NCBI GenBank assembly: GCA_938082715.1 | Contig: CALKCR010000023.1 | Coordinates: forward strand, 33,204-97,203 | Direction of reading: 5' to 3' | Source of the DNA: an uncultured Flavobacteriaceae bacterium | Lineage (GTDB): Bacteria > Bacteroidota > Bacteroidia > Flavobacteriales > Flavobacteriaceae | DNA length: 64,000 nucleotides | Shown here: positions 1-11,678 of the stretch, one piece after another | Layout: every line of letters begins with the position of its first letter | How positions within the stretch are numbered: position 1 is the stretch's first letter | Position numbers and translations under genes: made by a program | Notes under the pieces: generated by a model | What the model was told of the DNA's origin: nothing | What the model saw: the letters and a program-made list of their open reading frames with translations, nothing else | The model's database searches: none

Positions 1-363
1 AGCAATATTGATTTGGATTTGTCATCTTTTAAAAAGCTCTTGGAGGAACAGTTTGAACATTTAGAGTCCCTGATCCAAAAAACGGACGCCTCCTTTAAGG
101 GAGCGGTCAACGCCCAAAAGGCGAAACAGTTTAAGGGGATCGACCGTTTGGAGCAACGCCTGCTCAAAGCCCAAAAACAAAAGTTAAAAGACCATATAGA
201 GCGTTTGGTTCTTTTACAGGAACAACTTTTTCCCGGAGGACAACTGCAAGAAAGGGTGGAAAATTTTAGTGATTTTTATCTCCAGCACGGCGATGAATTC
301 ATCGATTTTCTGATGGAAACTTTTGAGCCTCTATCTGCTGAATTTTCTGTAATTGAGGACTGA
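1..363 (+). CDS. bshC: BshC-like (bacillithiol biosynthesis cysteine-adding enzyme) C-terminal fragment; the 5' end lies outside the window
   Basis: The frame is open from base 1, so the listed ORF 13..363 is only the first in-frame Met. A coiled-coil stretch is followed by FPGGQLQERVENFSDFYLQHGDEFIDFL, which matches my recollection of the BshC/YllA C terminus. Confidence 0.55.
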   Translation, partial: SNIDLDLSSFKKLLEEQFEHLESLIQKTDASFKGAVNAQKAKQFKGIDRLEQRLLKAQKQKLKDHIERLVLLQEQLFPGGQLQERVENFSDFYLQHGDEFIDFLMETFEPLSAEFSVIED

Positions 364-438
364 GGTTTACCAACATTTTTTTAATAAAATCCCTTTTTTG
401 CCAATTCAAAACTACTGAATATATTGTATTTTTGACAG

Positions 439-1968
439 ATGCAAGACAAAGTATTGATTCTTGATTTTGGGTCACAATACACCCAATTGATCGCCAGACG
501 TGTTAGAGAACTGTTCATCTACTGTGAAATCCATCCCTTTAACAATCCACCAAAGAACGCCGAGGAGTTCAATGCCATCATACTTTCCGGCTCTCCCTAT
601 TCGGTTCGAGCCCAGGAGGCGCCTCATCCTAAGCTTTCAGCCATAAGAGGCAAACTACCCTTGTTGGCGGTTTGTTATGGTGCGCAGTATTTGGCTCATT
701 TCTCCGGAGGGGCAGTCAAACCGTCCAACACTCGTGAATACGGCAGGGCAAATCTATCTTATATTCAGCCCGGGGAAACCTTTTTTGAAGGAATTGATAA
801 AGGCAGTCAAGTGTGGATGAGTCATAGCGATACGATCGACCAATTGCCCGATGGAGGTTTGCTACTGGCCAGTACGCAAGATGTCAAAAATGCTGCCTAT
901 CGTATTGAGGGGGAAACTACTTTTGGAATTCAATTCCACCCCGAGGTATACCATACCATCGATGGAAAAAAACTACTGGAAAATTTCTTAATTAAAATTG
1001 CCGACATAAAACAAGATTGGACCCCCGATTCTTTTGTGGAAATGACCGTAAAAGAAATTCGGGAAACCGTAGGTGACCAAAAAGTGATTTTGGGACTGTC
1101 CGGCGGAGTAGATTCAACCGTAGCAGCGGTTTTGTTGAATAAAGCCATCGGAGATCAGTTACAATGTGTTTTTGTTAATAACGGCTTGTTGAGAAAAAAT
1201 GAGTTTGAGAGTGTGCTGAACCAATACCAAGGGATGGGCTTGAACGTCAAAGGGGTTGACGCCACTGATCAATTCTTGAACGCCCTCAAGGGGGAGACTG
1301 ATCCCGAGGGCAAAAGAAAGATCATCGGCAATACTTTTATCGATGTTTTTGATGATGAATCTAAAAAAATTGCAGGGGTAAATTGGCTGGCACAAGGGAC
1401 CATTTATCCCGATGTGATCGAATCCATCTCTGTCAATGGGCCTTCGGCAACCATCAAATCTCATCACAATGTGGGCGGATTGCCCGATTATATGAAGCTC
1501 AAGCTGGTAGAGCCGCTGAAGATGTTGTTTAAAGACGAAGTAAGGCGGGTAGGTGCCAGTATCGGGATCAATCCCAAATTGCTGGGCCGTCACCCTTTTC
1601 CCGGACCTGGACTGGGCATCAGAATTTTGGGTGACATTACCGCAGAAAAGGTAAAGATGCTCCAAGAGGTAGATGCTATTTTTATCAATGGATTAAAAAC
1701 TTGGAACCTGTACGATCAGGTATGGCAGGCAGGCGCAATGCTCTTACCGGTCAACAGTGTTGGGGTGATGGGTGATGAACGAACCTATGAAAAGTGCGTT
1801 GCCCTGCGTGCCGTCCAATCTACCGATGGAATGACAGCAGACTGGGTGGATTTGCCCTATGCGTTTTTGCAAAAAATGTCCAATGAGATCATCAATAAGG
1901 TAAAAGGAGTCAATCGGGTGGTGTATGACATCAGTTCCAAACCTCCTGCAACCATTGAATGGGAATAG
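439..1968 (+). CDS. guaA: GMP synthase (glutamine-hydrolysing)
   Basis: N-terminal class I amidotransferase ([29 protein letters not shown]), PP-loop LSGGVDS, and a C-terminal dimerisation domain ending PPATIEWE; 509 aa. Confidence 0.95.
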   Translation: MQDKVLILDFGSQYTQLIARRVRELFIYCEIHPFNNPPKNAEEFNAIILSGSPYSVRAQEAPHPKLSAIRGKLPLLAVCYGAQYLAHFSGGAVKPSNTREYGRANLSYIQPGETFFEGIDKGSQVWMSHSDTIDQLPDGGLLLASTQDVKNAAYRIEGETTFGIQFHPEVYHTIDGKKLLENFLIKIADIKQDWTPDSFVEMTVKEIRETVGDQKVILGLSGGVDSTVAAVLLNKAIGDQLQCVFVNNGLLRKNEFESVLNQYQGMGLNVKGVDATDQFLNALKGETDPEGKRKIIGNTFIDVFDDESKKIAGVNWLAQGTIYPDVIESISVNGPSATIKSHHNVGGLPDYMKLKLVEPLKMLFKDEVRRVGASIGINPKLLGRHPFPGPGLGIRILGDITAEKVKMLQEVDAIFINGLKTWNLYDQVWQAGAMLLPVNSVGVMGDERTYEKCVALRAVQSTDGMTADWVDLPYAFLQKMSNEIINKVKGVNRVVYDISSKPPATIEWE

Positions 1969-1986
1969 ACCTGAAGAAAAAATCAA

Positions 1987-3741
1987 TTGAAAAAAAATAT
2001 AATTCTTTTCGTTCTTCTTTTATACGGGATTCTCTTTTCCACCGCACAGGAGATGCCTGAGAAATTTCTTTCTCACAAGGTTAAGAAAAAAGAGACCGTC
2101 TTTGGGATTACCCGAAAATACAATATCACAGAATCACAGCTGTATGAGTACAACCCCCTTTTAAAGAAAATAGGGTTGAGAAGGCGAATGGTATTGCGCA
2201 TACCCGTTTATCCAAAAGTTGTTGAGAAAGTACCCGAGCCACCGGTTGAGGAAGACCAAAATACCCAAGCCTATATTGTAAAACCTAAAGAGACCAAATG
2301 GCGAATTGCTTATAATTTTCAGATGACCATTCCGGAATTGGAGGCCTTAAACCCTGAGATCAAAAAAGGACTAAAGGAAGGTCAGGAAATTCGTGTTCCG
2401 ATTATGGCTTCAACAACTGAAAGTGAAACCATTGATCCGGCTTGGGACAGTAACTACAATTATTACAAAGTACTCCCCAAGGAAGGTTATTATCGCATCG
2501 AAAAAAAAATAGGGGTAACCCAAAAGGTATTGGACTCCCTCAATCCTAATCTATCGGAATTGGGATTGCAGGCAGGCATGATTTTAAGGGTTCCCGGCCA
2601 AGCCAAAGGGGAGCTAAAGATTCAGGATGATCTTTTGGTAGCGCGTATCTCCCTTTTGGATTCCCTTAAAGAATCTCATGAAATTGAGTTGACTCTCCTA
2701 TTACCATTCAAAGCCAAAGAGATTGAATACGACTCAATAGAAGACACTCGTAGGTTGTTGCAAAGCCGGAATTTGCATACCCTTTCTGCAGATTTTTATT
2801 CAGGGGTGTTGCTGGCAGCAGATACCTTGAGTCACTATGGGTTTTCCGTAAAGCTCAATGTCTTTGATACTCAAAACAGCATCTCCAGGGTTAATGAAAT
2901 TACCAATACCCATGATTTTTCAGATACCGATGTTATCATCGGTCCGTTGATTCCCTCCAATTTTGATTATCTATCGACCCAGGCAAAAGTCCGAAAAATC
3001 CCTAAGATTGCTCCCCTTTCGACCAATCCCGTGGCCCTAAGGGAGGCAGTCTATCAATCGGTAACCTCCAAGAATTTTCTTAGGAAAAGAATGTTTGAGT
3101 ATTTGGACAAGACTTTGAATCGAGAAGACAATATTGTTTTGGTGATTGATTCTTTGAGTAGGCCGGTGGAAAAAGAGCTTTTGGAATTGTTCCCCAAGGC
3201 AACGGTTTTACGCCCTGAAAAAAGTAATTATTTACTGCCTGATTTGGTCGATTCCCTTTTGGTAGATACACTTCCCAACAAGGTAATCCTTGAAAGTCAG
3301 GATTTTTCATTGATCTCTAGTGCCAGTTCTCAAATGAGTGCCCAGCAGTCAGAGCTAAGAGCCGTTCAATTGTTTACTACCTACCGTGGCAATGCCTACG
3401 AAAACCCCAACTTGTCTCCTAAGCAATTGGGGGATTTGAAGTTTACCTATACCACGGATCGATTGCCCTTAAAGTTGGGAGAATACAATCATTTTCAAGA
3501 TCACTACATCAGCACCTTTGGTAAACCCCCCAACCGAACCGCCGTCCGTGCTTATGACCTTACGATGGATTTGATCTTGAGAAAAGCTTACTCTGGCAAT
3601 TTCAAAACGATAGAGCAGATAGGAGAAACGGATTACCAAGAGCACCGTTTCTCATACAAAAAGGAAAATAAGAGTTTTGAAAACACAGGCTATTTTTTAC
3701 TGCAACACAAAGATTATGAAATCATTGAGCTTAAGAAATAG
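1987..3741 (+). CDS. Secreted LysM-repeat protein with a large C-terminal periplasmic-binding-protein-like region
   Basis: The TTG start gives a clean signal peptide (KKNIILFVLLLYGILFSTAQE). There are three LysM-like repeats (HKVKKKETVFGITRKYNITESQL.., YIVKPKETKWRIAYNF.., YKVLPKEGYYRIEKKIGVT..). Confidence 0.7.
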   Translation: MKKNIILFVLLLYGILFSTAQEMPEKFLSHKVKKKETVFGITRKYNITESQLYEYNPLLKKIGLRRRMVLRIPVYPKVVEKVPEPPVEEDQNTQAYIVKPKETKWRIAYNFQMTIPELEALNPEIKKGLKEGQEIRVPIMASTTESETIDPAWDSNYNYYKVLPKEGYYRIEKKIGVTQKVLDSLNPNLSELGLQAGMILRVPGQAKGELKIQDDLLVARISLLDSLKESHEIELTLLLPFKAKEIEYDSIEDTRRLLQSRNLHTLSADFYSGVLLAADTLSHYGFSVKLNVFDTQNSISRVNEITNTHDFSDTDVIIGPLIPSNFDYLSTQAKVRKIPKIAPLSTNPVALREAVYQSVTSKNFLRKRMFEYLDKTLNREDNIVLVIDSLSRPVEKELLELFPKATVLRPEKSNYLLPDLVDSLLVDTLPNKVILESQDFSLISSASSQMSAQQSELRAVQLFTTYRGNAYENPNLSPKQLGDLKFTYTTDRLPLKLGEYNHFQDHYISTFGKPPNRTAVRAYDLTMDLILRKAYSGNFKTIEQIGETDYQEHRFSYKKENKSFENTGYFLLQHKDYEIIELKK

Positions 3742-3792
3742 CAGAAATGCCACAAAAGTAAGTCGGGATTTTGTAAATTTGAGCCCGGTTAG

Positions 3793-5442
<1,650 letters not shown>

Positions 5443-5447
5443 AACCC

Positions 5448-7277
5448 ATGGAAGAAAGAAGATTTGATCCCTACCAATTCATTGGATTCGTACTCATTGC
5501 GATGATCCTTACATGGATGCTCTATGTCAATAAGCCCGAAGAGGGAGCAAATCCGCCAGTCGAACCCGAAAAAACAGAAGTTGCCAGTCAACCCAGGGAG
5601 GTAGCCCCACCGATTCAGTTAAATGACTCCCTCCAAAAAATAAATCTCCAAAGTACTTTTGGGATTTTCAGTAATTGGATGACCGATCAGGGAGCTACTA
5701 CCCAAACATTGGAAAACAAAGACCTTCTGATTGAAGTCAGTCCCAAAGGGGGATTGCTTGAGCTGGTTCGACTCAAAGATTATACTGATTACCTTGATCA
5801 ACCTCTCGAATTGGTCAAAGAGGGAAACACACAATTCAATGTTCAGTTCACTACCAAAGACGGCCGAAGGCTCAACACCAGAGATTTTTATTTTTCCCCT
5901 CAACTGAGCTCCGAGAATGGAAAACAGATACTATCCCTGAGAGCTGCTATTGCACCAAATCAATATTTGGAATTCGTTTATGCCATTGACGCAGAACGTT
6001 TTCTGGTGGATTTTAGCATTCAATCTTCGGGAATTTCGGCCTTGTTGGACAGCAGTGAGCCGGCGGTATTGTCCTGGGAAACCAGTGCTTACCGCAATTC
6101 CAAAAGTATTGATTATGAAGGGCGCTATACCGAGCTTACCTATGGCTATGAGGGCGATAAAATAGATTATCTATCCCTGAGTGGAAGCGATGAGGAGTCC
6201 CCGGAGGAAGTGCGATGGATTTCTTTTAGACAACACTTTTTTAGTGCTATTTTTATCCCCGAAAAGCCGGTGGATCAACTTACGGTCATTTCCGATAACC
6301 TGGCAGATGACAAGTCTTTGGACGAGGTTTTTACCAAAAAATTTGGCGTACAAATCCCATTGGCTTATCAATCGGGGGAATTTGGAAGTCGGTTTGAGTA
6401 CTATTTTGGAACTACCGATTATCAAACGTTAAAATCCTACGATAGAGATTTGGAATCCTCTATTCCCTTGGGTTGGGGAATTTTTGGATGGCTCAACCGA
6501 TTTATCTTTTTGCCTTTATTTGGATTTTTATCCTCCTTTTTACCCCACGGGATCGCCATTATTTTGATGACCATTATTGTTCGTTTGGCCATGTCTCCCG
6601 TTACTTATAAGTCCTATGTTTCCCAGATTAAAATGAAAGTATTGCGACCCGAAATTGAAGAGCTGAATAAGAAATATAAAGACAATGCAGTCAAGCGTCA
6701 GCAGGAGACCATGAGCCTCTACAACCGTGCCGGAGCCAATCCCATGGCGGGTTGTATCCCGGCTTTGTTGCAGCTTCCTGTGTTCTATGCTCTTTTCACG
6801 TTTTTCCCCGTTGCTTTTGAATTGCGCAAAAAGAGTTTCCTTTGGGCAGATGATCTGTCTTCCTATGACTCGATCTTGGACTTAGGATTTAACATTCCAT
6901 TCTATGGTGACCATGTCAGTTTATTTCCCATTTTGGCCTCTGTAGCCATCTTCTTTTATACCCAGATGACTACCGGCCAGCAGACCATGCCCCAGCAACC
7001 CGGGATGCCCAACATGAAGATCATCATGTACCTGATGCCGCTGATGATGTTGTTTTTCTTTAATAACTATGCCAGTGGATTGAGTTTATACTATTTTGTT
7101 TCCAATCTGTTGACCATCTTTTTGATGTTGGTGATCAAGAATTATATCATTGACGATCAAAAGATCCATGCCCAGATCGAGGAGAACAAAAAGAAACCCA
7201 AAAAGGCAGGAGGCTTTTCTGCACGTTTGCAAAAAGCGATGGAAGAGGCCGAAAAGCAAAAAAAAGCCCGCGGTTGA
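5448..7277 (+). CDS. yidC: Membrane protein insertase YidC
   Basis: N-terminal TM segment plus a large periplasmic domain, a C-terminal 60-kDa insertase core (PMAGCIPALLQLPVFYALF) and a basic tail. It starts 5 nt after the pyrG stop. Confidence 0.9.
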   Translation: MEERRFDPYQFIGFVLIAMILTWMLYVNKPEEGANPPVEPEKTEVASQPREVAPPIQLNDSLQKINLQSTFGIFSNWMTDQGATTQTLENKDLLIEVSPKGGLLELVRLKDYTDYLDQPLELVKEGNTQFNVQFTTKDGRRLNTRDFYFSPQLSSENGKQILSLRAAIAPNQYLEFVYAIDAERFLVDFSIQSSGISALLDSSEPAVLSWETSAYRNSKSIDYEGRYTELTYGYEGDKIDYLSLSGSDEESPEEVRWISFRQHFFSAIFIPEKPVDQLTVISDNLADDKSLDEVFTKKFGVQIPLAYQSGEFGSRFEYYFGTTDYQTLKSYDRDLESSIPLGWGIFGWLNRFIFLPLFGFLSSFLPHGIAIILMTIIVRLAMSPVTYKSYVSQIKMKVLRPEIEELNKKYKDNAVKRQQETMSLYNRAGANPMAGCIPALLQLPVFYALFTFFPVAFELRKKSFLWADDLSSYDSILDLGFNIPFYGDHVSLFPILASVAIFFYTQMTTGQQTMPQQPGMPNMKIIMYLMPLMMLFFFNNYASGLSLYYFVSNLLTIFLMLVIKNYIIDDQKIHAQIEENKKKPKKAGGFSARLQKAMEEAEKQKKARG

Positions 7278-7328
7278 TAGGCCCTGTCTAAAGGATCAGA
7301 ATTTAATTTGTTGGTGTAACTTTGCCCC

Positions 7329-8501
7329 ATGAAAAAGAAAAGGGTTATTGTAGGATTGTCCGGGGGAGTGGACTCCAGTGTAGCTGCCTATTTACTTACC
7401 CAACAGGATTACGAAGTCATTGGCCTCTTTATGAAAAACTGGCACGATGAGTCGGTGACCCTTTCCAATGAATGCCCTTGGTTGGAAGACAGCAATGATG
7501 CCATGTTGGTGGCCGAAAAGTTGGGTATCCCTTTTCAAAGCATAGATTTAAGTACTGAATACAAAGAGCGTATCGTGGACTATATGTTCGACGAATACTC
7601 TGCAGGAAGAACTCCCAATCCCGATGTGCTGTGCAATCGGGAAATTAAGTTTGATGTTTTCTTAAAGATCGCTCTGTCTTTAGGGGCAGACTATGTGGCT
7701 ACGGGGCATTATTGTCAAAAAGAAGCAGTTTCTGTCGAAAACAAGAGTATTTACCGATTGATCAGCGGTGCGGATAGCAACAAAGATCAATCTTACTTCT
7801 TATGCCAACTGACCCAAGATCAATTGGCGAAAACCCTTTTTCCCATTAGCCACCTGCAAAAATCAGAGGTGCGCAAAATTGCCCGGGAATTGAATTTGGT
7901 CACCGCCGAAAAAAAAGACTCTCAAGGCCTTTGCTTTATCGGAAAGGTGAGTTTGCCCGATTTTTTACAACAACAATTGCAACCCAAAACAGGTAACATC
8001 ATAGAAATACCCGAGGATTTTTACAATGGTAAAGAGCCCCCCAAAACCATAGCCACTCAATCCCAAAAAACACGCTATCAAACCACTGATGGAAAAATCG
8101 TAGGGACCCACCAGGGCGCGCACTTTTTTACGATTGGTCAACGCAAAGGGCTGGCCATAGGCGGAACCCCCGAACCCCTATTTGTGATCGATACCGATGT
8201 AGTAGAAAATGTGGTCTATGTTGGGCAGGGCAAAGATCACCCCGGTTTGTTTCGCCAAGCCCTTCAAGTAAGTCTTGCAGATGTTCATTGGGTACGTGAG
8301 GATCTAAAAACCATTCAAGGGGAACCGATGGAGGTGATGGCGCGAATACGATATCGTCAACCCCTACAAAAAGCTACCCTTATCCCTCAAGCCGATGCCT
8401 TTTATGTATTGTTTGATCAACCCCAATCCGCCATTACCTCCGGCCAGTTTGTGGCTTGGTATATCGATAAAGAATTGTTGGGGTCGGGGGTGATTGCTTA
8501 G
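7329..8501 (+). CDS. mnmA: tRNA 2-thiouridine(34) synthase
   Basis: PP-loop [30 protein letters not shown]; 390 aa. Confidence 0.9.
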   Translation: MKKKRVIVGLSGGVDSSVAAYLLTQQDYEVIGLFMKNWHDESVTLSNECPWLEDSNDAMLVAEKLGIPFQSIDLSTEYKERIVDYMFDEYSAGRTPNPDVLCNREIKFDVFLKIALSLGADYVATGHYCQKEAVSVENKSIYRLISGADSNKDQSYFLCQLTQDQLAKTLFPISHLQKSEVRKIARELNLVTAEKKDSQGLCFIGKVSLPDFLQQQLQPKTGNIIEIPEDFYNGKEPPKTIATQSQKTRYQTTDGKIVGTHQGAHFFTIGQRKGLAIGGTPEPLFVIDTDVVENVVYVGQGKDHPGLFRQALQVSLADVHWVREDLKTIQGEPMEVMARIRYRQPLQKATLIPQADAFYVLFDQPQSAITSGQFVAWYIDKELLGSGVIA

Positions 8502-9730
8502 GCTTTTTGCTCAGCACTTTCTTCAGAAAACACCACTTCCACCTGATTGTGAAGAATGTCCTCAAAGGTCTCTCTTTTCCGAATCAAACGGGCTTTGCCT
8601 TCAAACCATAGCACCTCTGCAGGGCGATATCGGGAATTGTAATTGCTGGCCATAGAAAAGCAATAGGCACCACAGTTTCTGAATACCAATAGGTCTCCTT
8701 CGGTGATCTCCCCTATTTTTCGGTTGCTGCCAAAGGTGTCGGTTTCACAAATATACCCGACCACGGAATAAAAGCGTTCTTTCCCCTTGGGATTAGAGAG
8801 GTTTTCAATATGGTGATAGGAACCGTAGAGCATGGGGCGGATCAGGTGATTAAAACCACTGTCCACCTGAGCAAAAACCGTAGAAGTGGTTTGTTTTACT
8901 ACATTGACCTGAGTCACGAAATGCCCTGCCTGGCTAACCAAAAATTTTCCGGGTTCAAAGATCAATTGTAAGTCTCGTCCGTATTCCTTACAAAAATCAA
9001 TGAATCTTTTGGATAATTTTTCGCCCAGCTCTTCTATATTGGTTTCTATATCATTTTGTTGATAGGGCACTTTAAAACCGCTTCCAAAATCTAAAAACTC
9101 CAGGTTTTTAAAATGTTTTGCGGTGTCGAATAAAATTTCGGACGCATGGAGGAAAACGTCAATATCCAAAATATCGCTGCCCGTATGCATGTGGATGCCA
9201 TTGATTTTCATGGCGGTGTTTTCTACAATACGAAGTAAATGTGGGATCTGATGAATGGAAACACCGAATTTGGAGTCGATATGTCCCACGGAGATGTTGC
9301 TGTTGCCGCCCGCCATTACATGGGGATTGATGCGGATACAAACCGGGGTTTTGGGATGTCGGCTACCGAATTGCTCCAGTAACGAAAGGTTGTCAATATT
9401 GATTTGAACCCCCATTTTGGCAACCTCTTCTATTTCTTTTAGTGAAACCCCGTTGGGGGTATAAATAATGGCCTGAGGTTCAAAACCCGCTGCCAAACCC
9501 AATTGTACCTCCTGGATGGAAACCGTATCCAGTCCCGAACCCGATTGTCGCATCAGTTTTAGGATAGAGATATTAGACAGTGCCTTAGCGGCGTAATTGA
9601 TCCTCAGATCTCCTATACTGCGGAAAGCAGAGGTCAATCTTTGGTACTGTGAGGCTATTTTTGCTGCGTCATAAACATAGAGTGGATTGCCAAACTCCGA
9701 GGCAATGGCCAATAAATCACGGTTCGTCAC
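8498..9730 (-). CDS. lysA: Diaminopimelate decarboxylase
   Basis: PLP-dependent decarboxylase motifs [21 protein letters not shown] and [15 protein letters not shown]; GTG start. Confidence 0.9.
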   Translation of the reverse strand: MTNRDLLAIASEFGNPLYVYDAAKIASQYQRLTSAFRSIGDLRINYAAKALSNISILKLMRQSGSGLDTVSIQEVQLGLAAGFEPQAIIYTPNGVSLKEIEEVAKMGVQINIDNLSLLEQFGSRHPKTPVCIRINPHVMAGGNSNISVGHIDSKFGVSIHQIPHLLRIVENTAMKINGIHMHTGSDILDIDVFLHASEILFDTAKHFKNLEFLDFGSGFKVPYQQNDIETNIEELGEKLSKRFIDFCKEYGRDLQLIFEPGKFLVSQAGHFVTQVNVVKQTTSTVFAQVDSGFNHLIRPMLYGSYHHIENLSNPKGKERFYSVVGYICETDTFGSNRKIGEITEGDLLVFRNCGAYCFSMASNYNSRYRPAEVLWFEGKARLIRKRETFEDILHNQVEVVFSEESAEQKA

Positions 9731-9902
9731 TTTTGTCCTATTTAATCGATGGCAAAATTAATCCCAAAAATCAAACCACCGCCCTAAAACATCAGATGTT
9801 ATAAAAATCAAACTTATTGTTTTATATGTAACATTATACTTTTCCACTAATGGTGTATTATTCAGTGGTGATTTACTATTTTTGGGAGATAAAAATCAAA
9901 GA

Positions 9903-11093
9903 ATGAATCTACACGAATATCAGGGTAAAGAGATTTTAGCCAGCTTTGGCGTAGCCGTTCAAAACGGTATTGTAGCCAACAATTCTGATGAGGCAGTATC
10001 CGCAGCGGAAAAGCTAACGGCAGATACGGGAACCTCATGGCATGTGATCAAAGCCCAGATCCACGCCGGAGGTCGCGGTAAAGGGGGAGGGGTCAAATTG
10101 GCCAAGAGTTTGGATGAGGTAAAATCCATTTCCGATCAGATCATCGGAATGCAACTGATCACGCCTCAGACCCCGCCGGAGGGTAAAAAAGTCAATAGGG
10201 TACTGATCGCCGAAGATGTTTACTACCCCGGAGATTTAGAACCCAAAGAATTTTATGTTTCGGTTTTGCTTAACCGATCTACCGGAAACAATATGATCAT
10301 GTATTCTACTGAAGGAGGAATGGACATTGAAGCGGTTGCTGAAAAAACACCCGAGTTGATTTTTACGGAAGAAATTGGCCCTGCCCACGGACTTCAAAGT
10401 TTTCAAGCCCGAAATGTGGCTTTTAATTTAGGTTTGAGTGGTTTGGCTTTTAAAGGAATGGTAAAATTCATTACCGCATTGTACGATGCCTATGTGGGTG
10501 CTGATGCCTCTCTTTTTGAGATCAACCCCGTATTAAAAACGTCCGATGACAAGATCATTGCCGTAGATGCCAAGGTAACTTTGGATGACAATGCCCTGTT
10601 CCGTCATAAGGAATACGCAGAACTCAGAGACCTGTCGGAAGAAAACCCCACCGAGGTAGAGGCTCGAGAAGTCGGCCTCAACTATGTTGCACTGGATGGA
10701 AATGTAGGGTGTATGGTCAACGGAGCTGGATTGGCCATGGCGACTATGGATTTGATCAAACAGTCAGGTGGATCTCCGGCCAACTTCCTGGACGTGGGTG
10801 GAACAGCAGATGCCGCAAGGGTAGAAACTGCTTTTAGATTGATCTTAAAGGATCCCAATGTGGCCGCTATTTTGGTCAATATTTTTGGAGGTATCGTGCG
10901 TTGCGACCGTGTGGCACAGGGAATTGTAGATGCTTATAAAAATATGGGAGATGCCATTAATGTACCCATCATCGTACGTCTACAAGGAACTAATGCTGAT
11001 ATCGCCAAAAAATTAATCGACGATTCCGGCCTTAATGTTTTGTCTGCTATAGCCTTTGAAGAAGCCGCACAAAAGGTACAAGAAGCCCTATGA
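9903..11093 (+). CDS. sucC: Succinate--CoA ligase (ADP-forming) beta subunit
   Basis: ATP-grasp N terminus MNLHEYQGKEILASFGV, GGRGKGGGV, and a C-terminal CoA-ligase domain. I prefer ATG 9903 over the listed TTG 9882 because homologues begin MNLHEYQ and a TAnnTTTG box covers 9877-9884. Confidence 0.9.
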   Translation: MNLHEYQGKEILASFGVAVQNGIVANNSDEAVSAAEKLTADTGTSWHVIKAQIHAGGRGKGGGVKLAKSLDEVKSISDQIIGMQLITPQTPPEGKKVNRVLIAEDVYYPGDLEPKEFYVSVLLNRSTGNNMIMYSTEGGMDIEAVAEKTPELIFTEEIGPAHGLQSFQARNVAFNLGLSGLAFKGMVKFITALYDAYVGADASLFEINPVLKTSDDKIIAVDAKVTLDDNALFRHKEYAELRDLSEENPTEVEAREVGLNYVALDGNVGCMVNGAGLAMATMDLIKQSGGSPANFLDVGGTADAARVETAFRLILKDPNVAAILVNIFGGIVRCDRVAQGIVDAYKNMGDAINVPIIVRLQGTNADIAKKLIDDSGLNVLSAIAFEEAAQKVQEAL

Positions 11094-11094
11094 T

Positions 11095-11138
11095 TGTCAT
11101 TTTGACATGAATTTTTAGGAATTTACCGACATATTGTC
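11095..11138. promoter_or_regulatory. Two short palindromes sharing TGTCA/TGACA half-sites upstream of hsp20 (candidate operator)
   Basis: TGTCA-TTT-TGACA at 11095-11107 and GACA-TAT-TGTC at 11128-11138. No TAnnTTTG box with correct spacing occurs in this 112-nt leader region. Confidence 0.3.
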
Positions 11139-11205
11139 ACTTTTTTGTGTTGGTATAGGATTTGAAGTAAACTTTAAAAAATGTTTAATTTAAAATCTTA
11201 ACATC

Positions 11206-11622
11206 ATGAATTTAATTAAAAGAAAAAATCCCGTATTTACCTCATTGATCGATGATCTGTTTATCAATCAAGATTGGAACCACATCAATGCTACTGTTCC
11301 CGCTGCCAACATCATCGAAGCCGATGATCATTTCAACATTGAATTGGCCGCTCCCGGGAATAAAAAAAGTGATTTTACAATCGAGTTGGATGAGGGTGTA
11401 TTGATCATCTCCTCTGAAACCGAGGCAAAATCTACCGAAAAAGACGGCAGCTTTACTCGTAAGGAATTTGGTTACAGATCTTTTAAGAGATCATTCAACA
11501 TTCCGGAAACTGTATCTACTGATAAGATCAGTGCGAGTTACAAAGAGGGGATATTGAGGGTCAGTCTTCCCAAAAAAGCAGAGGCTTTGCCTCAACCTAA
11601 AAAATTGATTTCCATTAAGTAA
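11206..11622 (+). CDS. Hsp20/alpha-crystallin family small heat-shock protein
   Basis: 138 aa with an alpha-crystallin domain (FNIELAAPG..., GILRVSLPK). Confidence 0.85.
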   Translation: MNLIKRKNPVFTSLIDDLFINQDWNHINATVPAANIIEADDHFNIELAAPGNKKSDFTIELDEGVLIISSETEAKSTEKDGSFTRKEFGYRSFKRSFNIPETVSTDKISASYKEGILRVSLPKKAEALPQPKKLISIK

Positions 11623-11645
11623 ATGAATTAATGTTGTTATAGTGC

Positions 11646-11678
11646 AAAAAGGCTCGGTGGTCGATCGAGCCTTTTTTT
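11646..11678. terminator. Bidirectional intrinsic terminator between the convergent hsp20 and uvrB genes
   Basis: AAAAA-GGCTCG-(9 nt)-CGAGCC-TTTTTTT. The A-tract and T-tract flank a GC-rich stem, and the T-tract abuts the uvrB stop codon. Confidence 0.7.

Noticed and set aside
1159-1665. 168-aa ORF antisense to guaA, with similar antisense ORFs at 930-1148 and 1744-1986.
   Set aside because: It is fully embedded opposite a strongly supported conserved gene. It has no recognisable motifs, and its composition is what is expected from the reverse frame of a coding region.
7150-7332. Very basic 60-aa ORF overlapping the yidC tail in another frame.
   Set aside because: The basic character mirrors the A-rich sequence that encodes the Lys-rich YidC C terminus, so it has no independent support.
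9903-11093. sucC without an adjacent sucD.
   Set aside because: Unlinked sucC and sucD are normal in Bacteroidota as far as I recall, so this is not an anomaly.
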